Shown here piece after piece: positions 27,142 through 41,089 of a stretch of DNA of 64,000 nucleotides. Source of the stretch: Octopus sinensis (lineage: Eukaryota); the NCBI RefSeq assembly GCF_006345805.1, contig NC_043000.1:77872001-77936000 (forward strand). Direction: 5' to 3'. A program made the translations under genes and the position numbers. Position 1 is the first letter of the stretch. Every line of letters starts with the position of its first letter. The notes beneath the pieces were generated by a model. That model made no database searches. It was not told the DNA's origin and saw only the letters and a list, made by a program, of their open reading frames with translations.

Positions 27142-27467
27142 AATAATGTTTTAGAAGGATATTAAAGAATGAAAGAATGAAATAGCAAGCGAATAAAAGA
27201 AAATGGAAGAATGCTAGAATATGAAAAAATGATGATGAATTACTGTTATGCCCTCTTCTCTTATAATAATGTTTGACATATTTCTGATCTGATTGATCAT
27301 AAAATGTCAGGTTAATGATTCAGATAGTGTACGTGTATGTGAGTGTGTGTGTGTGTATGTGTGTATGTGTGTGTGTGTGTTTGTGTGTGTATTATATATT
27401 TCAAAGAGAGTATGTAATAGGAGGATGTGTGTATGTGCATATATATATATATACACGCACACATTCA

Positions 27468-27534
<67 letters not shown>

Positions 27535-27589
27535 ATATATATATATATATATACAATATATATATATATAAGTATATTATACACGCACA

Positions 27590-27663
<74 letters not shown>

Positions 27664-27815
27664 TATAATATACAATATATATATATAAGTATATTATTGT
27701 TTTACAATAATATCAAGTGGTATAGTATGTGTAAATAACCATCAAAGTAATAAAATAAGGTAAAAAATTGTAGTTGCCTTAATTACTAATTGATATATAT
27801 ATATATATACCGCAA

Positions 27816-30765
27816 ATGGAGTTGTTCAATATTAACGCCTCCTTAAGGATATCCCTATACCACCGAAAAAAGCCTTCCTTAAGGAAATTATTAACAAGAC
27901 CAATGCATTTATCATCCGCATCAGATGGCTCGCCTTCTTCCACGATAATGAGGACCTAAAACGGACAAGTAACGACGTCTCACTTGAATATAAAAGACTA
28001 TTTAAGTCAAGGGAACTCCTCCACCTAATCCTAGATTGAAGAATTCGAAGATGATCTTTGGGACATCGTAAAGAATATTAAAGTTCATAAATCACCCCTC
28101 AGGAATAAGCACATCAGATACCTCGATAACGTCTCTAGAGATATAAACAGCTTAGATTCTATCCTGGTCCAATCGGATAAAACCGGCAACATCGATAAGC
28201 TTACCAAGAGCCATTATTTAGAACGGCTCGAAAAGGAGATACATAAGAATTACAGGACCACCAGTAGGAATACTCTCAGGCAGGCCAACTTAGAAACTAA
28301 GCAGATTATGGAGACTTACGGATTACAGATGAAGACGGAACCATTGAACCTTAGGCAACCCAGATTCATCTTAAAGGACCACAAACAGAACTTTCATACT
28401 AACCCAGCATTGCGGCTCATATGCCCTTCCAGTTCAGACATCGGTACCCTTAGCAAATACATATTAGATAAGTATATCCCTATATTAATTAATAAATTAA
28501 AACTTAGCTTATGGTCCAATTCTGTTCAAGTCGTAGATTGGTTTACTTCTATTACTGATAAGGCCAACACTAAATTTATCCAATTCGATATATCTAGTTT
28601 CTATTCTTCAATCAACCCTATTATACTTAATATGCCCTATGGCACGCACACAATAAGGCAGGCCTCTCCAGGGAGGAAGTTAGTGTGATATTGACTGCTA
28701 GGAAATCTTTCATCCAGTCCGATAGCAAGTTGTGGGTCCGTAGAGACACCCCTAATGCGTTTGATGTACTAATGGGAAGTACCGACAGCGCCCAGATAGC
28801 CGATTTGGTCGGAATTTATATTCTTTATGAAATGGCCGACCAATTCCCGGACATCTGTGGAGGTCTTTATCGCGACGATTGTATGCTTTACCTCCAAAAC
28901 GTTTCGAACCAAAAAATACAGAAGGTAAGAACAGATTACTCTCTTTACTCTTTTACTTGTTTCAGTCATTTGACTGCGGCCATGCTGGAGCACCGCCTTT
29001 AGTCGAGCAAATCAACCCCGGGACTTATTCTTTGTAAGCCCAGTACTTATTCTATCGGTCTCTTTTGCCGAACCGCTAAGTGACGGGGACGTAAACACAC
29101 CAGCATCGGTTGTGAAGCGATGCTAGGGGGACAAACACACAAACATACAAACATATACGCACACACTTATATATATATACATATATACGACAGGCTTCTT
29201 TCAGTTTCCGTCTACCAAATCCACTCACAAGGCATTGGTTGGCCCGGGGCTATAGCAGAAGACACTTGCCCAAGATGCCACGCAGTGGGATTGAACCCGG
29301 AACTATGTGGTTGGTTAGCAAGCTACTTACCACACAGCCACTCCTGCGCCTATTAGATTAGTTAGGTTTTTTAGTAGAATGGGCTTGCCCATAGTTTTTG
29401 ACGATGAATTAACTAAAGCCAACTTCTTAGACATTACCCTCAATTTGCAGAATAACTCATACTTCCTTTATCATAAACCTTCCACAAATCTTAAGTATAT
29501 TAGCATTTTCAGTAACCATGCCAGGCCAATTGCCGATAATTTAGTTAAAAACATATCTCTGAGACTGTCCAAATTATCTGCTAATGTCGACATCTTTAAC
29601 CAAAAGGCAGACTTCTATAACGCCGCCTTGTTAAGAGCCGGTTATAAGGAGAAAGTGTCATACATCGACTCAGCTCATTCTAACCAACATCTGCTTCTCA
29701 AGATAGTAAAGTTACTCGTAATAAGAATAATGATTTCAATTCTAATAGTGCCAGCAACCCTGTACATAAAATAAATTCTTTACGGACTAGGGGAGGTAAG
29801 CGCCATGCAACCCCAAATTTCCAACCCAGAAATTTTCCCCTTACTATCACAAATAACACTAAGAACAATTCAAAGGCCACAAAAAACTGTATCTGGTTTG
29901 TAATACCTTTCGGAAAACAAATTAAATCGAATCTTCCCTTAGTTCCGTGAAGCCGTTGCTAGGAACTTTCCCAGAAATTCTAGATATCATTCTATTATCA
30001 ATTCCCACAAGGTCAGAATCGCTTTCTCTAACACTAGGAATCTTTCACAAATTATATCTTCCCACAATACCAAGCTGCTAAACAAAGATTCTTCACCCGG
30101 AGTTCCAACACTAATCTTGCTAATTCCAACCCATCATACATCATAATAATAGGAATAGTATTAATAGTAACAGCATTAGTAGCAGCGAAAGTGTTAACAA
30201 TGATGATATTAATAATAGTATTAGTCGTGTTACTAACAAGGTAGTGTTGATGATAACAACAATAACGGTATTATTGTCGGTGGTATTACTGGTTGTAATA
30301 CCATTAATAATACTAGAAATAGTGTAGTTGTTAGCGCTAATAATAATAGTAACAACAATCATAACAATAAAACTTCGTTTCGATCTCGGAGGACAACACC
30401 AACGGAATTAAATTTTTGTCTAGTAATTCTAAGATTAAGAATTCTATTTACCAGTGTAGAATTTCTTCCGGTACCGATGTCTTCTTCTATATAGGAGAGT
30501 CCACTTCCCAGTTATCCAAGAGAATTTCAAACCACTATTCAACATTCAGGGATAGTAAAAAACGACTTAGTACAGGGCTAAGTAATTAGCTTGGCGTCTT
30601 AAAGACAACAATATAATTTTCAAGTTAGATTGGTTCATACTGTCTGTATCCTTTCCTTTTGATAAGAGCAGGAGATTTTGTAACATTTGTAACTCTGAAA
30701 TCTTCCATATTCTTTTCTCTAAGGTTCCCCTAGTAAACACACTCAGAAAAATCATACAAATTTAA
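27816..30765 (+). pseudogene. Penelope-like retroelement, family 2, copy A (RT + GIY-YIG; SINE-interrupted, frameshifted)
   Basis: LRLICPSSSDIG, QFDISSFYSSIN, MGSTDSAQIADLVG, GLYRDDCM, NFLDITLNL, YHKP, NSIYQC...FYIGEST. Confidence 0.88.
28939..29354 (-). mobile_element. tRNA-derived SINE inserted in the PLE2 RT (copy A)
   Basis: Flanked by a 6-bp direct repeat agatta; removing it restores KVKNRL-VRFFSRMGL. Confidence 0.92.
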
Positions 30766-31103
30766 ACACTGGCAGAAACACACTTTCTACTCATATAAAT
30801 GATAACGATAGTCACTGTGGTTTGAACAATTAGCTTTACGTCCACCCTGCTTCTATACAGAAATTATTTCCTAAGCCTTCGAACATTTGGCAGTATGTAG
30901 CTTGTTATTCTCTTTAAGTGAAATACACCGAAAAATGGCGACACAGCAGTCAAAACATCGTAAAAAATAGGGATTTTCATAGAAAAAAGGCACCTTTTTG
31001 ATGTAAATAATTTTTGGTGTTAACATGGTTCGATTTGAATTTTTCTTCTACGGAAGGAAGAGTTAGCCTTCTTCTATCATACTGTCATACATACATATAT
31101 ATA

Positions 31104-31161
<58 letters not shown>

Positions 31162-31337
31162 TTGTGTGTGTGTGTGTTGTGTGTGTGTGTGTGTGTGTGT
31201 ATGTGTGTGTTTGTGTGTGTGTGTATCTATGTATGTATATAACATATATACACATGTATGTATGCATATTTATACATGTACTAAGAGGGAGAAACAAGAG
31301 AAAGGAAGGGAAACAGAGAATGTGCGAGAGAGTGAAA

Positions 31338-31390
<53 letters not shown>

Positions 31391-31708
31391 AATAATGTTT
31401 TAGAAGGATATTAAAGAATGAAAGAATGAAATAGCAAGCGAATAAAAGAAAATGGAAGAATGCTAGAATATGAAAAAATGATGATGAATTACTGTTATGC
31501 CCTCTTCTCTTATAATAATGTTTGACATATTTCTGATCTGATTGATCATAAAATGTCAGGTTAATGATTCAGATAGTGTACGTGTATGTGAGTGTGTGTG
31601 TGTGTATGTGTGTATGTGTGTGTGTGTTTGTGTGTGTATTATATATTTCAAAGAGAGTATGTAATAGGAGGATGTGTGTATGTGCATATATATATATATA
31701 CACGCACA

Positions 31709-31798
<90 letters not shown>

Positions 31799-31826
31799 AT
31801 ATATATAAGTATATTATACACGCACA

Positions 31827-31913
<87 letters not shown>

Positions 31914-32051
31914 ATATATATATAGTATATTATTGTTTTACAATAATATCAAGTGGTATAGTATGTGTAAATAACCATCAAAGTAATAAAATAAGGTAAA
32001 AAATTGTAGTTGCCTTAATTACTAATTGATATATATATATATATACCGCAA

Positions 32052-35005
32052 ATGGAGTTGTTCAATATTAACGCCTCCCTTAAGGATATCCCTATACCAC
32101 CGAAAAAAGCCTTCCTTAAGGAAATTATTAACAAGACCAATGCATTTATCATCCGCATCAGATGGCTCGCCTTCTTCCACGATAATGAGGACCTAAAACG
32201 GACAAGTAACGACGTCTCACTTGAATATAAAAGACTATTTAAGTCAAGGGAACTCCTCCACCTAATCCTAGATTGAAGAAATTCGAAGATGATCTTTGGG
32301 ACATCGTAAAGAATATTAAAGTTCATAAATCACCCCTCAGGAATAAGCACATCAGATACCTCGATAACGTCTCTAGAGATATAAACAGCTTAGATTCTAT
32401 CCTGGTCCAATCGGATAAAACCGGCAACATCGATAAGCTTACCAAGAGCCATTATTTAGAACGGCTCGAAAAGGAGATACATAAGAATTACAGGACCACC
32501 AGTAGGAATACTCTCAGGCAGGCCAACTTAGAAACTAAGCAGATTATGGAGACTTACGGATTACAGATGAAGACGGAACCATTGAACCTAGGCAACCCAG
32601 ATTCATCTTAAAGGACCACAAACAGAACTTTCATACTAACCCAGCATTGCGGCTCATATGCCCTTCCAGTTCAGACATCGGTACCCTTAGCAAATACATA
32701 TTAGATAAGTATATCCCTATATTAATTAATAAATTAAAACTTAGCTTATGGTCCAATTCTGTTCAAGTCGTAGATTGGTTTACTTCTATTACTGATAAGG
32801 CCAATACTAAATTTATCCAATTCGATATATCTAGTTTCTATTCTTCAATCAACCCTATTATACTTAATAAGGCCCTATGGCACGCACACAATAAGGCAGG
32901 CCTCTCCAGGGAGGAAATTAGTGTGATATTGACTGCTAGGAAATCTTTCATACAGTTCGATAGCAAGTTGTGGGTCCGTAGAGATACCCCTAATGCGTTT
33001 GATGTACTAATGGGAAGTACAGACAGCGCCCAGATAGCCGATTTGGTCGGAATTTATATTCTTTATGAAATGGCCGACCAATTCCCGGACATCTGTGGAG
33101 GTCTTTATCGCGACGATTGTATGCTTTACCTCCAAAACGTTTCGAACCAAAAAATACAGAAGGTTAAGAACAGATTACTCTCTTTACTCTTTTACTTGTT
33201 TCAGTCATTTGACTGCGGCCATGCTGGAGCACCGCCTTTAGTCGAGCAAATCAACCCCGGGACTTATTCTTTGTAAGCCCAGTACTTATTCTATCGGTCT
33301 CTTTTGCCGAACCGCTAAGTGACGGGGACGTAAACACACCAGCATCGGTTGTGAAGCGATGCTAGGGGGACAAACACACAAACATACAAACATATACGCA
33401 CACACTTATATATATATACATATATACGACAGGCTTCTTTCAGTTTCCGTCTACCAAATCCACTCACAGGCATTGGTTGGCCCGGGGCTATAGCAGAAGA
33501 CACTTGCCCAAGATGCCACGCAGTGGGATTGAACCCGGAACTATGTGGTGGTTAGCAAGCTACTTACCACACAGCCACTCCTGCGCCTATTAGATTAGTT
33601 AGGTTTTTAGTAGAATGGGCTTGCCCATAGTTTTTGACGATGAATTAACTAAAGCCAACTTCTTAGACATTACCCTCAATTTGCAGAATAACTCATACTT
33701 CCTTTATCATAAACCTTCCACAAATCTTAAGTATATTAGCATTTTCAGTAACCATGCCAGGCCAATTGCCGATAATTTAGTTAAAAACATATCTCTGAGA
33801 CTGTCCAAATTATCTGCTAATGTCGACATCTTTAACCAAAAGGCAGACTTCTATAACGCCGCCTTGTTAAGAGCCGGTTATAAGGAGAAAGTGTCATACA
33901 TCGACTCAGCTCATTCTAAACCAACATCTGCTTCTCAAGATAGTAAAGTTACTCGTAATAAGAATAATGATTTCAATTCTAATAGTGCCAGCAACCCTGT
34001 ACATAAAATAAATTCTTTACGGACTAGGGGAGGTAAGCGCCATGCAACCCCAAATTTCCAACCCAGAAATTTTCCCCTTACTATCACAAATAACACTAAG
34101 AACAATTCAAAGGCCACAAAAAACTGTATCTGGTTTGTAATACCTTTCGGAAAACAAATTAAATCGAATCTTCCCTTAGTTCCGTGAAGCCGTTGCTAGG
34201 AACTTTCCCAGAAATTCTAGATATCATTCTATTATCAATTCCCACAAGGTCAGAATCGCTTTCTCTAACACTAGGAATCTTTCACAAATTATATCTTCCC
34301 ACAATACCAAGCTGCTAAACAAAGATTCTTCACCCGGGAGTTCCAACACTAATCTTGCTAATTCCAACCCATCATACAATCATAATAATAGGAATAGTAT
34401 TAATAGTAACAGCATTAGTAGCAGCGAAAGTGTTAACAATGATGATATTAATAATAGTATTAGTCGTGTTACTAACAAGGTAGTGTTGATGATAACAACA
34501 ATAACGGTATTATTGTCGGTGGTATTACTGGTTGTAATACCATTAATAATACTAGAAATAGTGTAGTTGTTAGCGCTAATAATAATAGTAACAACAATCA
34601 TAACAATAAAACTTCGTTTCGATCTCGGAGGACAACACCAACGGAATTAAATTTTTGTCTAGTAATTCTAAGATTAAGAATTCTATTTACCAGTGTAGAA
34701 TTTCTTCCGGTACCGATGTCTTCTTCTATATAGGAGAGTCCACTTCCCAGTTATCCAAGAGAATTTCAAACCACTATTCAACATTCAGGGATAGTAAAAA
34801 ACGACTTAGTACAGGGCTAAGTAAATTAGCTTGGCGTCTTAAAGACAACAATATAATTTTCAAGTTAGATTGGTTCATACTGTCTGTATCCTTTCCTTTT
34901 GATAAGAGCAGGAGATTTTGTAACATTTGTAACTCTGAAATCTTCCATATTCTTTTCTCTAAGGTTCCCCTAGTAAACACACTCAGAAAAATCATACAAA
35001 TTTAA
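32052..35005 (+). pseudogene. Penelope-like retroelement, family 2, copy B
   Basis: Same motifs as copy A; ORF fragments 32052-32276, 32273-32611, 32647-33276, 33615-34187, 34655-35005. Confidence 0.88.
33178..33591 (-). mobile_element. tRNA-derived SINE inserted in the PLE2 RT (copy B)
   Basis: Same position and agatta TSD as in copy A. Confidence 0.92.
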
Positions 35006-35361
35006 ACACTGGCAGAAACACACTTTCTACTCATATAAATGATAACGATAGTCACTGTGGTTTGAACAATTAGCTTTACGTCCACCCTGCTTCTATACAG
35101 AAATTATTTCCTAAGCCTTCGAACATTTGGCAGTATGTAGCTTGTTATTCTCTTTAAGTGAAATACACCGAAAAATGGCGACACAGCAGTCAAAACATCG
35201 TAAAAAATAGGGATTTTCATAGAAAAAAGGCACCTTTTTGATGTAAATAATTTTTGGTGTTAACATGGTTCGATTTGAATTTTTCTTCTACGGAAGGAAG
35301 AGTTAGCCTTCTTCTATCATACTGTCATACATACATATATATAATATATATATATATATAT

Positions 35362-35453
<92 letters not shown>

Positions 35454-35934
35454 ATATATATATATACATACATATTATGATATATATATATATATTAATA
35501 CGAAATATCCCTCCAGGCTACATCCCGAAAATTCATTTCTTTGCCGAATTTCTTCAATGTTTACGGCGATTCGTTTTTATATCTTGATTTTTTATTTTTC
35601 ATGCAATTTACGCATGCTTGCACGCGTAGTGAACACAGTTCACGTCAAACAGCTGACTGAGTAAAGTTCACTATTCAATGCATGGGATAAGGCCTAAACA
35701 AACACATTATCTATTTTTGCACTTGCGAGATGAATTTCGGAACAGAAATAGCGCAGTTCAATTTTCATTCGCCTAAACTTTAAGTGAGCCATTTTTGGTG
35801 GTTCTACGCTTTGTTGGCTAGGAGGAGATGTGCCGGGAAGTTAAACACACAGATACACACACGGACACACAAGTTGAGTTTTATATATATATATTTCTTG
35901 TAAGGGAGCAATAGTATTCAATATGCAAAAAAAG

Positions 35935-36005
<71 letters not shown>

Positions 36006-36035
36006 GTGTGTGTGTGTGTGTTGTGTGTGTGTGTG

Positions 36036-36079
<44 letters not shown>

Positions 36080-36109
36080 GAATTTACAAAAGTGCAAAAG
36101 ACGAAGGCG

Positions 36110-37950
36110 GGTGTGTAAACAATAAACATAATTATTAGTTTAATGCTAGGGAAGTGAGAAAGTCTTTTACGTTTCGAGCCTACGCTCTTCAACTGAAAGG
36201 AACACAGATATAAACAGGGGAGAAAATAGGAAAAGATTTGGTGGCTAGCGATCTATCATGGTGAATACCGGAGAGAGGGGTCACATAGGATGGCTAGGAA
36301 GCAGGGGAGATAATAAAGTATTTGTGATCCCAAAACGGTGGTGCGCGTGCGTGTATATGTGAGAGCGTGTATGTGCCTGTGGAAGGGGGCTGGTGACATT
36401 GACGTGAGTATGTTTGCATGTGTAGGTGTGTGGATGATGGTGTATGTGCTAGGAAGTGGTCAGTGCTAGTGTGTGCGGGGTGGTGTGATGTGGTGTGGTA
36501 TAGTGATGTGTGGTGTGGTGGTGTATCGTGTGATGGTATGGTGGTGTTGGGGTGTGGGGACAGGTGAGAGTGGGGAGACATGGTTAGGGTCTAAGGGATG
36601 GGGTGGGGTTGGATGGGATGTATAGGGATGGTAGGGCTAGAATGTGTAGGAGTAAAGTAACGAGGGAGGGAGTGGCGATGAATGGAGGGGGTGGAATGGA
36701 GAATATGGGTAGGAGTGAAGAGAGGAAGTAGGTGCCAGAGCAAGAGAAGAGAGGTGGGGAGAGGAAGTAGGTGTGAGAGGAAGAGAGGAGAGAGGAAAAT
36801 GGTTAGATGAAGAGTGGAGGAGAGTTGAACCCATGTGGCGCAGAGGAGCGAAGAGAGAAGATTAATCCTTGCTCACAGCGAAGACGGGAGTCTGGATGGC
36901 CCCTCTGCAAGGACAATCTGAACACAGACAGGTGTTGTAAAGAGTGACTGGTAGAGCGCAAATGTCGCGAGACCGAGATGTCGTTGCCGAGTCGGATGAC
37001 TTGGAACTGTTTCGCGAACCAGTCAGCCAAGCAGCGTCCCGTTTGACTGATGTATAGAGAAGGACAGAGAGAACAGGAGATGCAGTAGATGACGTTGCTA
37101 GAAGTGCAGGTGAAGGAGTCAGTGATATGATAGGGTCTATGATGGGTGCCTTTGAGGAGGGTGGTTTTGGAGACGTAAGAGCAAGTGCAGCCGCATGGGT
37201 GGGAGCAGGGGAACGCGCCAGGTTGGGAAGTTGGGTTAGGAAGAAGCCGTGAACCAAGAGGTCTCGTAGGTTGTGGACTCGTTTGAAGGAGGGGAGAGGT
37301 CGGTTAGAGAAGATGTGCGACGTGGACTGGAATCGCTGGAAAGGTCAGAGAATGGTGCGTTGGAGAGGTAGGGTGATTAGGTGGTAGGTAACGGGAAAGG
37401 GGAGACGGGTGACGGCAAGGCAGGTGCGGGTTGAGAGAGCAGATGCACGGTCCACGGAACGTGCTCTGGCAAAGGCGGTGTGGATAGTGGTGAGAGGATA
37501 TCCACATAGGATGAAGTGGCGAGCCATGAATTGATACTGAGTCTCAAAGTCTTGGTTGTCACTGCAGAGCCTGCATAGACGGAGGAATTGGGAATAGGGG
37601 AACGAAAGCTTGGTGTGTTTAGGGTGGGAGGAGGAGAAGTTGAGGTATGAGTGTGAGTCTGTGTGTTTGTAGTGGTTAGAGGTGGTGAGAGTGGAATGAT
37701 GAATGCTGACCGAAATTCGAGAAAGGCGACTGAGATGTCGGAAATAGTACAGGGGAAGTGGAGGGCAGGATGGAAAGATTTGACAAAACAGAGGAAAGAG
37801 TCTAGATGTTCGCGGGAGAGTGAGGTCGCACCGATACAGTCGTCAATATAACGACCGTATAGTTCAGGAGTGAGACCAGTGAAACTTGAAAATAGAATAT
37901 TTGGGCCTCAACGCAGCAAACGAACAAGTTCGCATAGTTGGGGCCCATTA
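36110..37950 (-). mobile_element. 5'-truncated Penelope-like retroelement, family 3
   Basis: Minus-strand peptides MGPNYANLF, PELYGRYIDDCIG, YKHTDSHSYLNFSSSHPKH, SFTCTSSNVIYCISCSLCPSLYISQTG, EQGLIFSLRSSAPHGFN; 3' UTR has a hammerhead-like core near 36150-36200. Confidence 0.88.
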
Positions 37951-40197
37951 TACATACACACACACACACAAACACACATACATATATATATAACGTTTTG
38001 CATATAATGACAGTATCGTTGTCAGCTTGTAATCATTTGATTAGACAAGTTCTTGCTTCGTGAAAGCCAACAGCTTGAGTTTTTTACTGTGGCAGTCATG
38101 TAATCATATAGTCTAATAATTATAGGTAGAAATCTATAGTTATAACCCAAAATAGAATAACCACAGATTTTCATTATTTTGGCATAAATGTCTCCTTTTT
38201 CTCTAATCTTCAACATTATGCTATCATCTGCTGGGAAACTGATTCCTACCACTGTACATAATTTATTTTTCGTCTCCCAATTCATTATGTGTGTATATGT
38301 ATATATGTATGTATGTGTGTATGTATATATGTATGTAAGTATGTATGCGTGTGTATGCATGTATGTATGTGTGTATATGCATGTGTATGCATATATGTTC
38401 TGATTTTATTAAATTTCCAGTAACGAGAAACAAAGCACTTTTATTGAAATTTAGATGGCATCAACGGATTAATAGTAGATGTATGCATCTATTTGAGTCT
38501 GTGTATGTGTGCGCGTGTGTACGTGTGTGTGTATTCTATGGATACATTTGAGTGTGTTTGCATACATGCATGTATGTATATGTGTGTGTACACGTTTGTA
38601 ATTATACATTACGGAAGAAAGAGGAAGGGGGAGCTGAATTCGTGCAGCCCCTCCCCAAAATCAAAATGTAAGATTATTCTTTCTATGGATTGCATAGTAC
38701 AATGTTCTGGTCACGATATCATGCCGATAATACTGTGATGATGTTTTTGAAGAGCTGTTTATAATGTCTTCATTCCGCACCCGTCATCATTTGTCAAACC
38801 AAGGTGGTTTACTTGCATCTCTATTTCTTTTGGGTATCAGATATTTTGTAGTTATTTCCTCTTCCTGTATAGCAAAAGCAAATACTTCAAAGTGACAGCT
38901 AATATCCCAGTTGTTGATCCAAGATTAAATACTTTCGTTATCTAGGTTGCAATCACTTTGATTCTTTTGTAACATAGCCATAAACTTTTGCTCATATGCA
39001 TATAACTTTTCATTTTATGGTTGTTGCTTTAGATTTGTGTTTATCATTGGTCATCAGTCAGGAAATAGCTCCCCTCTCTCATGATGTTATCAGTTTCATG
39101 TATATATATGCGACCCATTGGATAGAATTTAACATTTAGTGGCTGCTAGACGTCGTCGAAGGGATGTTGTCAAAGGATGTGTGAATCGATGTTAAGCCTC
39201 TCCGACTGTTTACCTTTTCGTTTCGTTTCGACAGTGGTGAAAGTTTCTGGTGTTGGTTAATAATTTACGGGTGTTAACAATGGTCCTGATCTAATCTAGG
39301 CACCCAAAAGTTGGTATGAATACTAGTACAGCACATACAATGTAGACTCTGAGAACAGTATTTTATATCTGGATGTGATATTCCCTGGTTGCGCATTCTT
39401 GCTACAAGTTCCATCATGGGATATACTTTCATCCATCCCTAAGTACATCTAACAATTTTCATCTGATATCGGAGAAATTTATCCTCACTAAATAGAAAAG
39501 GTGATGATTCTACTCCATATCTTTTATATTCCTGGCATATATTCTCAAATCTTCCACAACGAAGCAATGTATTAGATTAGTGCTTTATCACCCCCTTAGA
39601 CAACTACGTATATCTTTCAAATTCCTTCACACACACACACACACAGACACACACACACACAAATACACACAAACACACACAAAAAAATTACTGAAAGTGT
39701 AAGCAACGTCGTTTTTTTAAATAAATCTTTGCAATGCAATATCATCTGCTACATATGTGGAAAATGGGTGTGTGTTTGTTTGTGATATACAGACGATATA
39801 AAGGACGTAAGCACAGGGATGGCCGGCACCACGGAAGAAGGAAGATGTGGGAGGCTGAATTCGTGCAGCCCCTCCCTAAAATCAAAATGTAAGTACGAAT
39901 TTCTAAGGAATTTAAGTTAAGATGCATAAATGTGTGTCGCCTAGGGTCGAAATGGAAGCAAACTTGGGTCTTTGCCTTTTGACCTACAGATTTTAAAAAA
40001 TATTTTTTTGTAACTAAACACTTCGGACACTGGTAGAATATATCATATAAAACATGATTTACTCTTAGCATTTTTGTAGAAAAGCTTATATTTACGAAGT
40101 AATTTCACCTTAAAGTTCTCGTATTTCGGTAATTTCAACCAATCAATGACGTGTATTCGGCTGAATAAAATTATTGCCGTTGTTTGTCAACAACTAT

Positions 40198-40387
40198 CGG
40201 CGGCGTATTCTTTGTTTATCACTGTTATTTATGACATCGTTCGGGCGTTTGTACTGGTTTTAAGGTTTTAGGGTTAGGGTGTTAGGGTTAGGGTTTTAGG
40301 GTTAAGGTTAGGGTTTTAGGGTTAGTGTTAGGGTTTTAAGGTTAGGGTTGTCATAAATAACAGTGACAAACGAAATATACACCACCG
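40198..40387. repeat. Degenerate (TTAGGG)n tract (40258-40348) enclosed by ~39-bp imperfect inverted repeats
   Basis: cggcggcgtattctttgtttatcactgttatttatgaca versus tgtcataaataacagtgacaaacgaaatatacaccaccg. Confidence 0.85.
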
Positions 40388-41089
40388 GTGTATATACACT
40401 CTCTTCTTCCCATTTTCTTTATATCTTCTTCTTGGTGGGAGGTCAACTTTACGTTAGACCCCTCTCCCTTTATCATATCTTGGTATTTTACAAGCTCCAC
40501 TTTGTAACCCAATTCATGCTGCTCCAGCAAACTCGGAACAAGAGTAGCCTGTCTTCCCATCGCTACCGCGTAGCTTTTCACCTCTATTGAAATATCTCTT
40601 TTAGCTAAAAACAAAGTCACAAGCCAACAAATAAGGATGGCGTTACACTCATAAGATTCCTTCTTGATACAACTCACTAATCGAAATCATGAACATTATA
40701 TGTTTGTAATGTCGTGTTGATCATAATAACGAATTTATCACTAGCTGGTGATTGTTGAATTTTTTTCGGCTGCTGCTTTCGTGAGTTCGTTTTGTTGTAC
40801 TTTTAATGTTATGCTTCCACTGTTTTTTGTACTGTTGTTCTGTTGAATTGTTGTTGAACCTGTGAAACCTGAGTTGTATTGTTAATAGTTATTTTCGCCC
40901 TACGGGGCAGACAATTCCGTTATTGTTGGAGAACTGCGAACTTTAATTTTTACCCTTTTGCAGGATAAAAATTGTTTAAAAATTATTTTTGTAAATGACA
41001 ATTTTTTGACAAAAAATATTTTTCGTCAATGTTTGAAAAGCAATTTTTGAAAATTTGTGTGTCCTGTTAAAGGAATTTTTGTATTCAAG

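Larger units (their letters stand above)
26900..35380. repeat. Head-to-tail duplication of a ~4.24-kb unit (about 26900-31140 and 31141-35380)
   Basis: Unique sequence repeats at offsets of 4236-4249 bp; breakpoints lie in TA/TG microsatellites. Confidence 0.95.

Noticed and set aside
26914-27165. Poly-Asp / poly-Met ORFs (also 31148-31414, and poly-His/Asp/Gly at 58116-58396)
   Set aside because: These are (GAT)n and (CAC)n/(CAT)n tracts read in different frames.
38615-39895. Two copies of gctgaattcgtgcagcccctccc(c/t)aaaatcaaaatgtaag (~38633 and ~39855) ending in GTAAG, resembling duplicated exons
   Set aside because: Upstream frames are not conserved between copies and the motif is a GC hairpin, so it is better explained as fragments of a dispersed repeat.
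40258-40348. A true telomere or chromosome fusion site
   Set aside because: The tract is short, degenerate, single-orientation and embedded in inverted repeats.
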